59,817 bases of DNA from a virus (Duplodnaviria > Caudoviricetes): IMG/VR virus record IMGVR_UViG_3300005805_009709, positions 1 to 59,817 of that record; one strand, given 5' to 3'. The notes beneath the pieces are model-generated. The model saw nothing but the letters and a program-made list of their open reading frames with translations, ran no database searches and was not told the origin of the DNA. Shown piece by piece: positions 30,410 through 41,800 of this stretch (position 1 is the first letter of the stretch; each line of letters begins with the position of its first letter). Both the position numbers and the translations under genes were made by a program.

Positions 30410-31255
30410 ATGGTAAAAAAGAAAACAAAGGAACCTGTTCGAAAGGTTAAATCTCAAAAGGCTAAGCCTAAAAAAGCCAAGCCTCAAGAAGAAATTAAAC
30501 CTCAGGAGGTTGAAACACCAAAAGCAGAGGAAGAAAAAGCAGAAGTAAAAACAAAGAAGAAGACAACTGATCCTCTTAAGCTGTATTTTAATTCTGATAC
30601 CCAACGTGCGATCGTCGATTTTCAATCAGCGAAAACTAAAAAAGAAAGAGACCAACTATATGTAAAAGAGATCATGCCAGCTTTCGAAAAGCTGGTAGAA
30701 AATCTCATCAACATCCACAAGTTCGCAGGCCTCTATGACTCATATGACGATTTAAAGAATGATTGTGTCAACTTCCTCTTTGAGACTATCGGTAAATTCG
30801 ACGCCTCCCGTGGAACCAATGCGTTCTCTTACTTCAATGTCGTTGCGAAGAATTGGTTGATCATCAAGACCAAACAAAAGTCTCAAAAGACAAAAAAGAA
30901 TATTTCGTTAGATGACCCAAGCATGTTATCAGCTCATGAAAAAAACATTGTTGATGAGCATTGCACGCTCTTACCTCAAGACATTATTTTAGAGTCTGCG
31001 AAATCAGCTGAAACAATAACTGCAGTGCTGTATGAAATTCGTGAGAAGGCGCGTACAGAAAATGAACTGGTCTGTATCAATTCCATCATAACAATATTCG
31101 AGAATATAGATGAAATAGACCTCCTCAATAAAAACGCGATTTTACTCTACATGCGTGAGCTATCAGGATTAAGCCCAAAACAGCTGACCACGACAATGCA
31201 GGCGATCAAAAAGCACTATCGAAAGATAAAAATAGAACAGCGTGATGAGATGTGA
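30410..31255 (+). CDS. Phage late sigma factor-like protein (gp55-like) with K/E/P-rich N-terminus
   Basis: LYF, DLKNDC, KFD..RGTNAFSYFNVVAKN (sigma region 2-like); sits upstream of the virion genes. Confidence 0.65.
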   Translation: MVKKKTKEPVRKVKSQKAKPKKAKPQEEIKPQEVETPKAEEEKAEVKTKKKTTDPLKLYFNSDTQRAIVDFQSAKTKKERDQLYVKEIMPAFEKLVENLINIHKFAGLYDSYDDLKNDCVNFLFETIGKFDASRGTNAFSYFNVVAKNWLIIKTKQKSQKTKKNISLDDPSMLSAHEKNIVDEHCTLLPQDIILESAKSAETITAVLYEIREKARTENELVCINSIITIFENIDEIDLLNKNAILLYMRELSGLSPKQLTTTMQAIKKHYRKIKIEQRDEM

Positions 31256-31262
31256 GGCCGGT

Positions 31263-31619
31263 ATGCAAACAACACTTGAAGATTCTGAACTAAAATTAGA
31301 AGAAAAAGTAAAAGATTTTTCCAGTCTCTTAAATCAGATCGAAGGTCTTTCTGATAAAAAGAAAAAATTATGGAAGGAAATATACGAAAACGCTATCTAT
31401 GATAGGCAGAATGCGTATACCCTTTTCTCAAAGTTAGTTAAAATTGTAGAAGATAAAAGTACAGAACATGCAGTGCATGGAAAAACTATGGCTACTTACA
31501 TTGAAAAAATGAGCAAAGCCAATGATCAACTCATTAGATTAGCAGAGTTAGTCGCCAAAGCTGAAAAATCAAATGATGAAATTGATCCTGACGAAATGTT
31601 TAAGAGAATAAATAGTTAA
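31263..31619 (+). CDS. Helical hypothetical protein
   Basis: Coiled-coil-like ORF between sigma and baseplate genes. Confidence 0.6.
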   Translation: MQTTLEDSELKLEEKVKDFSSLLNQIEGLSDKKKKLWKEIYENAIYDRQNAYTLFSKLVKIVEDKSTEHAVHGKTMATYIEKMSKANDQLIRLAELVAKAEKSNDEIDPDEMFKRINS

Positions 31620-31625
31620 AGCAAC

Positions 31626-33185
31626 ATGCCAACATTCTACGGACGTCGAAAAAATAAAGATTTTGCAAGCTTTGCAGAAGCTCAGAAAAACATACTTGCA
31701 GAAATTGATGCATTTATTGATGAACAGCGTCCGACGTTCAAAAGAATGGTTATTTTAGATGTAATCTCAGATCCACAAAAAATAGATAGCAATAGAATTA
31801 CATATTGGCAAGATGTTTTAGGCGTTTCTAACACACAGTATGTCTCGTACCTACCGAGAAATGCTGTAGTGGCGCAGTTCGTTTTAGATGGTATCAAGAG
31901 TGTATCATCTCCCATGTTCGCATTCCCATTTTTCCCTTCACACTTAGCGTTACCATGCAAGCCCGGAGAAATTGTCTGGAGCATGGTTGAAAATCCGGGT
32001 GCTGGTATTAAAGATATGGCATGGTGGATCTGTAAAGTTCAAGGACTTAATTTTGTTGATGACACAAACCATAGTCACTTCCCAAATTCTTTAAATCCAT
32101 CTTTTATCCCAGGCTTGTCTAAGAAATTTCTTGGAACTAATGAAGATAAACCATTATATCGCATGTACAATGGCAAAATTTTTATAGATAATGATGGAAA
32201 ACCCAGATTTGTACCAAAATCGCAGATTATACCCGGCACAAAAGATGACGTTTTCGAACAATTAGTTACAAAAACAGAAGCATCAAAAATGATGCAGTAT
32301 GAGTCTATTCCTCGCTTTAGAAAACGCCCCGGTGATATCGCGCTCGAAGGAAGCAATAATACATTAATCGTTCTAGGGACAGATAGAACAAAAGCCATTG
32401 CAGACTATAGCGGGATGGGTCGTCCGTACCAATACCCCGAAATCAATGAAAAAAATGAGCCTACCCCTGAGTTCAATAACTTTCCCAAGTGGCCAGTTGA
32501 TGATTACTTTGGAAAAGCTGGCTCCATTGACTTGGTTGCCGGTCGTGGTACACTACCTGAAACTGGTGGTCAAAGTGTTGCGACTAAAAGAGCATTAGAA
32601 GGTGAAGTCGATTCCGAAGGATTTAAAAAAGAGCTTGGGAAATATGAGACTGAGTTGAGTCCACAAGAAGGAGACCCAGATTTAATAAACGATAGAAGTA
32701 GAGTTTTAATTTCTCAGCGCACGGCGGTTGATAAAAATTTTGGACTCGCTGCATATCAAGAACGATTCAACATACAAGACAATTCTTGGAATTCTGCTGT
32801 CGTCATAAAATCTGACAAAGTTCGTATAATTGCAAGATCTGATATCTCATTAATAGTAACAGACAATGATCCAACTCCCCGTTATGATGCAAGCTCAGGT
32901 GATACATCTGAATTTTTTGCCAAAGACAACATTGATCAAAAGCGTTGGGCATCAATAACAATAAAAGCCAATGGTGATATTGTTTTTACTCCTTCAGAAA
33001 AAGGCTATATCAAGCTTGGAGATGATACTGCTGATAAAGCAATACTTTGCACGGATATCACGCTAGATCCAGATGGTATGGGTGGAGAAGTTAAAGCTGC
33101 GCCAATTTTTACAACAGGCAACAAGCAGGTTGGAACAGGAAAAGCTGGGCAAGGAACATTCGCTAAAAAAGTTCTTGTTAAATAA
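31626..33185 (+). CDS. Baseplate hub/spike-like (gp5-like) protein
   Basis: N-terminal OB-like P..P.PGE.V; GDIALEGSNNTLIVLG; IKSDKVRIIAR beta-repeat; lies upstream of gp25. Confidence 0.55.
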   Translation: MPTFYGRRKNKDFASFAEAQKNILAEIDAFIDEQRPTFKRMVILDVISDPQKIDSNRITYWQDVLGVSNTQYVSYLPRNAVVAQFVLDGIKSVSSPMFAFPFFPSHLALPCKPGEIVWSMVENPGAGIKDMAWWICKVQGLNFVDDTNHSHFPNSLNPSFIPGLSKKFLGTNEDKPLYRMYNGKIFIDNDGKPRFVPKSQIIPGTKDDVFEQLVTKTEASKMMQYESIPRFRKRPGDIALEGSNNTLIVLGTDRTKAIADYSGMGRPYQYPEINEKNEPTPEFNNFPKWPVDDYFGKAGSIDLVAGRGTLPETGGQSVATKRALEGEVDSEGFKKELGKYETELSPQEGDPDLINDRSRVLISQRTAVDKNFGLAAYQERFNIQDNSWNSAVVIKSDKVRIIARSDISLIVTDNDPTPRYDASSGDTSEFFAKDNIDQKRWASITIKANGDIVFTPSEKGYIKLGDDTADKAILCTDITLDPDGMGGEVKAAPIFTTGNKQVGTGKAGQGTFAKKVLVK

Positions 33186-33197
33186 TGAGAAAACCAT

Positions 33198-34958
33198 ATG
33201 GGTATTTTAGAAGATTTTGGTCTATTGAATCCAGATGGCACGATTACCGATGCCTTTAGAGCTAGAGCAATTGAAATTTATTCGGAGAACAGTCCATCGG
33301 CGCAAGGTCAAGACTTAAATGATACAGAAAGATATGGAGATTGGCAAGCGCAACTATTAGATGGGACTCTTGGTTCGTCATGTAAAACTTTAGATATCGA
33401 AGCACCGGTCTCAACTATACCTGTTTTTGATCCATCTTATGTTGCAGCAAAATTAGAGATTGAAGAACCTCCATTAGATTTAGCATCGATTATTGCGTCC
33501 TTTGCAGCACCCCAAGCGGCGATACCAGCTTTGTTAAATGTGAAGCCTGATGATATCCCTGAAGTCGTGCAAAAATTACCTGACTTAGTTGAACCCCCGC
33601 CAGCACTACCGACTCCTGTCTATCCAGAAGCTGAAGTTCTTCCCACTACAGAACAACCATCCTGGGGTGGTGATGGCGTGCCAAACTATCCAAGCCAAGA
33701 AGGATTTAATCTCGCGTTCATCTCTACACTTCCTGCAGCGCAAGCTCAACTTGATGTCATAACCAAAGATCCGACGTGGTGGGCGACATTTACTCCTGAT
33801 AAGCTATTTGATACAGCGAAACAAGTTTTAGAAGCCAATGTTGAGCCTGTCACACAACCGGCAACAAGCAATACTGATGATTATAACGCTGAAAAAAAAG
33901 TTGTGATACAATTAGCTTCTGAAGCCATGGCAGCCCGAACCGTCGCAACTACTGTTGGAGCTACAAAGCTTTTAAAAGAGCTTGGAAAAATAAAAGGTTA
34001 TCTTGCCGTAAGTGTTGAAGAACAACCATCAGATGGCGAAGCTCTAAAAAACAACCTATATCGACTTAAGTCTAATGAAAAAAACATGGTTGTGTTATTC
34101 CCAAATCGCAATATGTCATATGGAGATCATCTTGCGCTAGAAACGATCTATGCTCTTGCAGATCACATGTACCAAGACAAAAGCTATAAAAAATCTCCAG
34201 ATGAGGATCCTGTGACACTGGAGATTGGAAATATCACAGGTAATGCATACCTCAGCCCATTTGGTAAAAAAACAGGTCCAAAAGGAGTTGGATGGAGAAT
34301 TAACCCATGGTCTCCAGGCGGCCACGGAGGTATGAGTTTTGATATGGCATATCCAATGCGAGACGAGAATGGTAATTGGATGTCTGGATTGTTCACAAAT
34401 GAAGCTGGCAATGAAATTCAAGAATTCAAACCACCTTCGCCATACAAGTGTGGACCCGGTGGTGACGCATCAACGCCATATTATCTAAAAACACAAAACC
34501 AACAAACACTTCCGCATGATTTTCCTGCGATGTATGAGATGGGTAGATGGTTGTACCACGAGTGGTTTATTGGATTGATTAAGCAAGGTCGTCTACTTCC
34601 ATGGCCTGGGCTTGAAAAAGCTGCGAAACTTCTTCCATACCAGTTCATCCTTGTAGGAAATATCATATATAAAAAGTTGAATGCATGGGGTATCAAAAAC
34701 ATAGGAACAAATTGGAATACGGCTCATGTACCGTTATATAACGCCGTGGGATGGACTTGTATACGAATGTTCGTTCCAGAAGATAACCATGAAGATCACA
34801 TGCACGCTGTAGGATGTAGAACAACAATCGAGACTTCACTTCCTCCAAGCGAAAAGATTGTTTATCGTGTGCGTCCCCAATATGATACAGATAAAGGATA
34901 TCGGGGTAAAGAAGTGAAAAAAGACTTTGGTTCCGGAAAAGAGACTGTTTTCGTCTAA
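33198..34958 (+). CDS. Baseplate-region protein with acidic/Pro-rich N-terminal half and putative MepA-like (LAS) peptidase domain
   Basis: YG..LA, EIGNIT, GH....FD, HEDHMH. Confidence 0.45.
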   Translation: MGILEDFGLLNPDGTITDAFRARAIEIYSENSPSAQGQDLNDTERYGDWQAQLLDGTLGSSCKTLDIEAPVSTIPVFDPSYVAAKLEIEEPPLDLASIIASFAAPQAAIPALLNVKPDDIPEVVQKLPDLVEPPPALPTPVYPEAEVLPTTEQPSWGGDGVPNYPSQEGFNLAFISTLPAAQAQLDVITKDPTWWATFTPDKLFDTAKQVLEANVEPVTQPATSNTDDYNAEKKVVIQLASEAMAARTVATTVGATKLLKELGKIKGYLAVSVEEQPSDGEALKNNLYRLKSNEKNMVVLFPNRNMSYGDHLALETIYALADHMYQDKSYKKSPDEDPVTLEIGNITGNAYLSPFGKKTGPKGVGWRINPWSPGGHGGMSFDMAYPMRDENGNWMSGLFTNEAGNEIQEFKPPSPYKCGPGGDASTPYYLKTQNQQTLPHDFPAMYEMGRWLYHEWFIGLIKQGRLLPWPGLEKAAKLLPYQFILVGNIIYKKLNAWGIKNIGTNWNTAHVPLYNAVGWTCIRMFVPEDNHEDHMHAVGCRTTIETSLPPSEKIVYRVRPQYDTDKGYRGKEVKKDFGSGKETVFV

Positions 34959-35011
34959 AATTAAGAATAAAATAATGGTCGATAGTTGAATCAAAAGCTT
35001 ATTTATCAGCA

Positions 35012-35479
35012 ATGGCGACCATAAATTTCAAGAGCGTTGGACAAACCCAACAAGAAATTGTCGACTCCACAGTTACGGTCGCCAATTTACCTATTGGGAT
35101 TAAAACCCCATTAAGAATTGCAGGTTCTGATGGTCTACTTGAGATGCACTATAATCTCGAAGATCAGATTGCCGACAATCTAAGAAATCTACTTTTGACA
35201 AACTGGGGCGAAAGATTAGGCCAGTATTACTTTGGAGCTAATTTAAAACCCCTTACAACAGAATTTGTTTCTCAAGAAAACTTTGATAATGAGGCGGTCG
35301 TTAGGATAAAGGCAGCTGTCGAGCGCTGGTTGCCCTTCGTTGACTTGATTGAATTTTCATCAAGTGTGAATCGATTGGAAAACAAAAATACGGCAATCAT
35401 TAACATTACAATAAGTTATAGTGTACCTGTCATCGATGTTCCTGAGAAAAAATTGCAAATAACGTTATACGTACTCTAG
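35012..35479 (+). CDS. Baseplate wedge subunit, gp25-like
   Basis: QIADNLRNLLLTNWGER..FGANL, WLPFV. Confidence 0.85.
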   Translation: MATINFKSVGQTQQEIVDSTVTVANLPIGIKTPLRIAGSDGLLEMHYNLEDQIADNLRNLLLTNWGERLGQYYFGANLKPLTTEFVSQENFDNEAVVRIKAAVERWLPFVDLIEFSSSVNRLENKNTAIINITISYSVPVIDVPEKKLQITLYVL

Positions 35480-35496
35480 CTTAAAGTTGGCATAAA

Positions 35497-37353
35497 ATGG
35501 CTACAGATCCTAAGAAAAACCTCACAAGTGTTAGACAGCGTAGATATCTCGCTAGAGATTTTGATTCATTTAGAACAGTTCTCTTAGACTACGCACGCCA
35601 ATATTATCCGGATCAGATACAAGATTTTTCTGAAGCTTCAGTTGGCGGCCTTTTTCTAGACATGGCAGCTTACGTTGGTGATAACCTGTCTTTCTATCTT
35701 GACCATTTGTATGGCGAACTAAATTATGAGACCGCAGTTGAGAATTCTAGCATCGAAAGAGCTCTCATTAACGCTGGAATCCCTATTACTGGTGCTGCTC
35801 CGGCAACTGTTCCGGTTGTGGTGTATATAGAAGTACCTGTTGCCACTGCGGGTGATGAATCCCCAAACATCAATCTTTTGCCTGTTATTCAAAAAAATAC
35901 AGAGTTTTCTTCCGACAACAGCGTGACGTTCGTGTTATTAGAAGACATCGAGTTTGCTTATGATCCAAACGAAGACGGCAATTATATCTTAAATCCAGCC
36001 GTCGAAAAAAAAATTGGAAGAGTTAGATCTGATGGAAAAGTATTAACATATCTTTTAGCGTTAAGTGGCTTATGCATATCGGGTCAAGAAGCGACGGAAA
36101 CATTTTCAATAGGATCCTTCACACCATTCAGAACGATCACGCTTCTACAAAGCAATATTTCAGAAATAGTAAGAGTCACGGATAGCTTAGGAAATGAATA
36201 TTACGAAGTAGGCGCACTATCGCACGACGTAGTCTATCAAAATGTAATAAATTCTTCCACGGATAGTGATTTAGTTAAAGATGCTCTGCGTGTAGTTCCA
36301 GCGCCATATAGATTCACAAAGTCAGTTTCTTTAACTGGCAGAACAACCACGCTGACTTTCGGTGGCGGAAATGCTAGCACGATGGCAGATGATATTATTC
36401 CTGATCCATCTGACTTTGCGATCGCATTCCCGTATTCAAGAACATTTTCTCGATTGCCAGTAAATCCAGAAAAACTATTAACAACCAACACACTAGGGAT
36501 TGCCTCCGAAAATACAAGCCTATCAATCACATACAGATATGGTGGTGGATTAAACCACAATGTAGCCCCAGGCACGATTAGATCTATTTCCAATTTAATA
36601 ATTTCTTTTCCAAGGAATCCAACCGTCGGTGATATCTCTACCATTAGATCGACTATAGAAGTCAACAATACAATTCGTGCTACAGGTGGTGAAGATCCAT
36701 TGACTACGGACGAGCTAGTAGCTCTTATCCCTGCGGTTAAAAATTCTCAAGAAAGAATTGTTACCAAAGAAGATCTCCTAGCAAGAGTTTATACGATGCC
36801 TTCAAACTTTGGGCGTGTATTTCGAGCAGCAGTTCTACCTAACTCAAACAATCCGCTGGCTGCGCAGCTGTATATCATTTCAAGAGACGTAGACAATAAA
36901 CTAATCGTTTCACCTGATAGCCTTAAGCTAAATGTCAAAAAATATCTAGACACGTACAGAATGGTATCTGATGCCATCGATATTCTTGATGCCCAGGTAA
37001 TCAACCTCCAGTTAAAATTCACTGTAGTTCTTGACCCTTCTTTGAATCGAACAAACGTGTTATCAGAGATTCTGCAAAAGCTACAAGATAAGTTTGCGGT
37101 ACAAAATCTCTACATCAACCAACCAATAGTAATATCAGATGTCGTTAATGAAATCTTCACAGTGCAAGGTGTCATAAGCGTAGACAACGTACAATTTACT
37201 AATATCTTCGGAACAGTCAACAATAGAGAGTATAGCAATGTCACACACGACATAAAGGCTTATACAAGACGACAGTTAATATTCCCACCAACGGGTGGTA
37301 TTTTTGAAATACGATATCCTGAAGTTGATATCATAGCAAAAGTGGTGAGCTAA
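35497..37353 (+). CDS. Baseplate wedge protein, gp6/baseplate J-like
   Basis: ARDFDSFR, MAAYVGDNLSFYLD, ATGGED, QERIVTKED. Confidence 0.85.
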   Translation: MATDPKKNLTSVRQRRYLARDFDSFRTVLLDYARQYYPDQIQDFSEASVGGLFLDMAAYVGDNLSFYLDHLYGELNYETAVENSSIERALINAGIPITGAAPATVPVVVYIEVPVATAGDESPNINLLPVIQKNTEFSSDNSVTFVLLEDIEFAYDPNEDGNYILNPAVEKKIGRVRSDGKVLTYLLALSGLCISGQEATETFSIGSFTPFRTITLLQSNISEIVRVTDSLGNEYYEVGALSHDVVYQNVINSSTDSDLVKDALRVVPAPYRFTKSVSLTGRTTTLTFGGGNASTMADDIIPDPSDFAIAFPYSRTFSRLPVNPEKLLTTNTLGIASENTSLSITYRYGGGLNHNVAPGTIRSISNLIISFPRNPTVGDISTIRSTIEVNNTIRATGGEDPLTTDELVALIPAVKNSQERIVTKEDLLARVYTMPSNFGRVFRAAVLPNSNNPLAAQLYIISRDVDNKLIVSPDSLKLNVKKYLDTYRMVSDAIDILDAQVINLQLKFTVVLDPSLNRTNVLSEILQKLQDKFAVQNLYINQPIVISDVVNEIFTVQGVISVDNVQFTNIFGTVNNREYSNVTHDIKAYTRRQLIFPPTGGIFEIRYPEVDIIAKVVS

Positions 37354-38867
37354 TGTTTCGCATACTAAAAGCAGATAAAGACACTTACATCACGAACAAG
37401 TACATCGATGGTGTTCGCGCTGTTAGCGGAAACGTCGGCCTTGGTGGCTCACTCGACTTATTTAAGCTATATGGTATTACTCTTAGTGGTAGTGGAAGAG
37501 TACCTCAAACAGAGCTTTCTCGAATTTTAATACACTTTGATTTGGATCCTTTAAGAAATTTGGTAACTGCCAATAAGATCGATATTGCGCATAGCAGCTT
37601 CAAGTGCTTTTTAAACCTAAAAGACGTTTATGGTGGACAACCAACACCAAGTAATTTCACAGTTGATATTTTTCCGTTGTCTGCTTCTTTCTCAGAAGGC
37701 CTTGGAAAAGATATCGCATATTATGCCGATAAAGACAAAGCAAACTTTTTATCAGCATCTTCTGACGCACTCTGGATTGGAGAAGGTTGTACTCAAGGAG
37801 GCGGGGCAACGGAAGTTTGCGACTATATTACCAGCTCGTTAACTGTAACAAACACCAAAGTTTCTCAAACATTTATCACGGGCGAAGAAGACCTGCTAGT
37901 CGATGTAACAAGTGTTGTTTCTGCAACAATTAAAGGTGATCTTCCCGATTCAGGATTTAGAATAACCTTCACCAGCACGATTGAAAATGATTCTAAAACT
38001 TACTTCGTCAAACGTTTCGCCAGCCGACAAGCCTACGATGAGAGCAAGCGTCCACAGATATTAGTTAAGTTTGATGATTCAATACTTGATGATACATCGA
38101 ACTTATATCTCGATTCACCCGTTTCAGCAAGTTTATTTCTATACAACTATGTTAATGGTCAGTTAACAAACTTGCTATCAGCAAGCTCACAAGTCACTGG
38201 TCTGAATAACTTGTTGTTAGAATTAAAAACAGAAGCTTCGGGCGTTGGTGCATACTCATTATTTTTCACGGGCTCACAACACAAATATGGAGCAAATTTT
38301 GCGACAGGAATTTATTCTGCATCAGTCACTTTGCCTCTTAGCAATGCTAACTTAAAAGAAAGCTACTTGCAAACAGGGTCAATAAAGTTCACTCCAATAT
38401 GGAGCTCGTTAGATAAAACAGTAGCGTATATTACAGGGTCCTCCATAACTGCTTACGCGCCTGAGAGAATTACAAAAAGACTAAACCCAAGGCGCTACAT
38501 AGTTAGCGTCATTGGTATAAGCACAGAATATTCTGAAGCAGAAGATGTCACGATGCGTGTGAATATCTTTGATCAAAATAGTCCAATCATCATCGCGAAA
38601 AGATTACCTGTTGAATTGCCTGGCGTCGTTTTAAGAAACGCTCATTTCGCTATTAGGAATGCTGCGACTAATGTTTATGCTATTCCCTTTGACACGACGA
38701 ATAATTCAACGAAATTATCGAGCGATTCTAGCGGCATGTATTTCAACTTTAGCACTGCCGCACTTACGTCGTTAAACTCTTATGTTATTGACGTAATGAT
38801 TAACGTTGATGGTCAAGAGCAAAAATACCTGAATGCATCGCCTGCATTTAGAATAATCAAGATTTAA
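37353..38867 (+). CDS. Virion structural protein (DNRLRE-like beta domain)
   Basis: KDTYI, SRILIHFD, RPQILVKFDD; baseplate operon context. Confidence 0.55.
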   Translation: MFRILKADKDTYITNKYIDGVRAVSGNVGLGGSLDLFKLYGITLSGSGRVPQTELSRILIHFDLDPLRNLVTANKIDIAHSSFKCFLNLKDVYGGQPTPSNFTVDIFPLSASFSEGLGKDIAYYADKDKANFLSASSDALWIGEGCTQGGGATEVCDYITSSLTVTNTKVSQTFITGEEDLLVDVTSVVSATIKGDLPDSGFRITFTSTIENDSKTYFVKRFASRQAYDESKRPQILVKFDDSILDDTSNLYLDSPVSASLFLYNYVNGQLTNLLSASSQVTGLNNLLLELKTEASGVGAYSLFFTGSQHKYGANFATGIYSASVTLPLSNANLKESYLQTGSIKFTPIWSSLDKTVAYITGSSITAYAPERITKRLNPRRYIVSVIGISTEYSEAEDVTMRVNIFDQNSPIIIAKRLPVELPGVVLRNAHFAIRNAATNVYAIPFDTTNNSTKLSSDSSGMYFNFSTAALTSLNSYVIDVMINVDGQEQKYLNASPAFRIIKI

Positions 38868-38876
38868 TAACACGCT

Positions 38877-41800
38877 ATGTCAACCAAGAATAATTCACCT
38901 TACATTCCTTCGTTCTTGAAAGCGGCGTTAAGCGACACGCGTCCCGCACAGTTGACTTTTCTTGATCTTGTTGACACCAATATTAAAAGCACTTCATCTT
39001 TCAAGTATGAGCCTCTTGATTATCCTTTAAAAAACACGCAACAACTTAACCTTGATTGGTCTTTGTTCGAAAACCACACATTCTTTCAATCCGCTGAAGT
39101 AAAAACCAACGTTGCATTTGATCAAATCATTAATGGATATCCATTTGATGGAACGAAAAAGGAAGTAGAAGCTTTCTTTGATAAAATAGGAGGTTTTGAA
39201 AAATGGGTCTTCGATCAACTTCCAAAATTTAGCGGACAACTACACTTTTCAGGGACGCAGCTGGGTGAAACTCCGTCCAATGGATTCAACGCTGAGTTAG
39301 GTACTTGGATCTCAGTAATTGATTCAGCAGGTGCGCTGTACCCAGATATTTCTAAGAACAAAAGCGGAGAATCGGTTTTAAACCCGCCAGTAGATAAATC
39401 ACTTACTATTGAAATGCAATTGTACTTGCCTGTTTCATCGAGCGGAAGACAAGTAATTCTACAAAAACTTTCTTCTGATAAAACAGAAGGATTTACACTA
39501 CATCTTGAACCATCAACTTCGACTGAAGTTAAAGGCGTTTTTAGTATCGTTTCAGGCGCAGTTCAAAATCATGTTTCAACAACTTTAGAAAAAGGAAAGT
39601 TTAATCATGTTTGTGTCTCTTTAAACAGAGAAACAGGCTTAGATTTTCTACAGTTTTTTAGAAACGAAATTCTGGATGCAGAGAGTGAAAAGAAAGACAT
39701 CAGCGCCTTTAGCTCAACTTCAAATCTTTTAATTGGATCGGGATCTTCATTCTATATTACAGGTGCACTAGTTTCCCCAGAGCAAACGCTTAGTGGAACG
39801 ATAGATGAATTAAGAATATTCCATTCTTATAGAACAATTTCGCAGCAACAAGCATACGCAAATAAAGGCATGTATGCAACAGACCCTTTGAAGCTTTATT
39901 ATCGCTTTAATGAACCATCTTCATCTTTATCTTCGGTCGCAAGTGATGATGTGAACCGTATAGTTCTTGATAGCTCAGGCAATGCTTTACACGCCTTAAT
40001 CAATAATTTTTCAGTATCTCTAAGAGAGTCAGCAAAAGCTGATATTCTAAATCCAATTGTAAATGAAAGACCCGAATTTACAACTATTCTTTTTCCTTAT
40101 AACCCCGATGTCGTCAGCTTAAATAATGAGCTGTTAACTTCAGCAAGCATTTACGACCAGGCAAATCCAAATTTAATCACAAAGCTTATCCCCCGACATT
40201 ATCTTCGAGAAGGCGCATTTGAAGAAGGATTCGCAAACACAGCTGTTGAAGGAACCATAGGAGATTCTTATGGTGGACAAGGGATACCTGGACAAGGTCA
40301 ACTCGGCTCAGCCCAAGTCATGTTAACATTCCTCTATATCTGGGCAAAGTTTTTTGATGAAATCAAGATGCTCGTTGACGCATTCAAGACTTTGCGAACT
40401 GTTGATTACAACTTGAATGATACAATACCAAACAACTTTTTGAATGATTTTATCAGATATTATGGCGTGTACTTACCTCCAATGTTTAATTCAGCAAACA
40501 TACAGCAATATGTTGAAGGAGAAGACATCAACGAGATAAGCGTAAATGATGTTACAATACGCGACGTACAGGCAAAGCTCTTGAGAAGAGTGTTGATCAA
40601 TATGCCTGATATTCTAAGATCAAAAGGAACGCAACACAGCATTCGTTCTTTCTTGAGATCATTGGGTATCGATCCTGATAATAGCTTGAGAATTAGAGAA
40701 TTCGGTGGACCATCTTTGCGACAGTTTGGAACTAGTAGAGAGGTAAAAACTGATGTGGCTGCGGTAGTAAATTTTCACACCGCATCTTTAGTTATGACTC
40801 CATTTTTATCAGCATCAAGAGTAGAACCAGGTTATCCACCTCCATCAGGGTCATTCGTACTAAACTCTCAAAACAAGATTATTGGAACTACTGCCCCAAC
40901 AGATGGATTATTGACGTCAGGCTCATGGACATTCGAAGGTTCTTACAAATTTACAATAGAAGATATAGCTCAAGCAACGGGTCCACAATCGTTAGTAAGA
41001 TTTGAAACGACGGGTTCTGCGACAACCGCTCAGCAAGGTGTTATTGCGAACTTGATTTTCTCAGGTTCTGTATTACAAGCGTTCTTCAGACCCGGAATGG
41101 ACACCAGCTCTCCTACGTTAAATCTCTTTTTATCTGCAAATTTATATGATGGTAATCGCTGGAATGTTTCTTTCGGCTGTTATCGCAATGATTCAATAGA
41201 TAGCGATGTCTCATCTTCTTACTTCCTCCGTGCAGCAACTCAAAACGCAGGTGACATCACAGAAAGTTATGTAACTTCTTCATTTTTCTTTGAAACTCCC
41301 AGCGGCGAAAAGAATGCATTTAGATTATTGGACGCAACGTACAACGCATCAGGATCAAGATTATCGATAGGCAATGATTCAAACATACCAGCTGGAGGTT
41401 TGGGATATCGTTATTTAAATAGTACATTAGATGTTGATGACCTCGCAAGAACAGCTGAATTTGTTGGACATGTCAACAACGTAAGATTTTGGTCTAAGGG
41501 CTTGACAGAAGAAGAATGGAAAGAGCACGTTAGAAATTACAAGTCATTTGGCGTAGAAAACCCTTTAACAAACTACAACTATGTTACGAATAAGACAGGC
41601 TCTTTTGAAAAATTGAGACTCAGCATTTTTGAAAAGCAAACTACGCTCACTGCGTCGGCTGCGGGAGCAATACAGTTCTTAGATTTTAGCGAAAATTTAT
41701 TCCACGCCAGTGGAACGGGATTCCCTGCAACGGGTAGCGCAATCACTACTGACCTGATTTCATACAGTTATATCTCGCCTTATTTTGATGAATATTCAAC

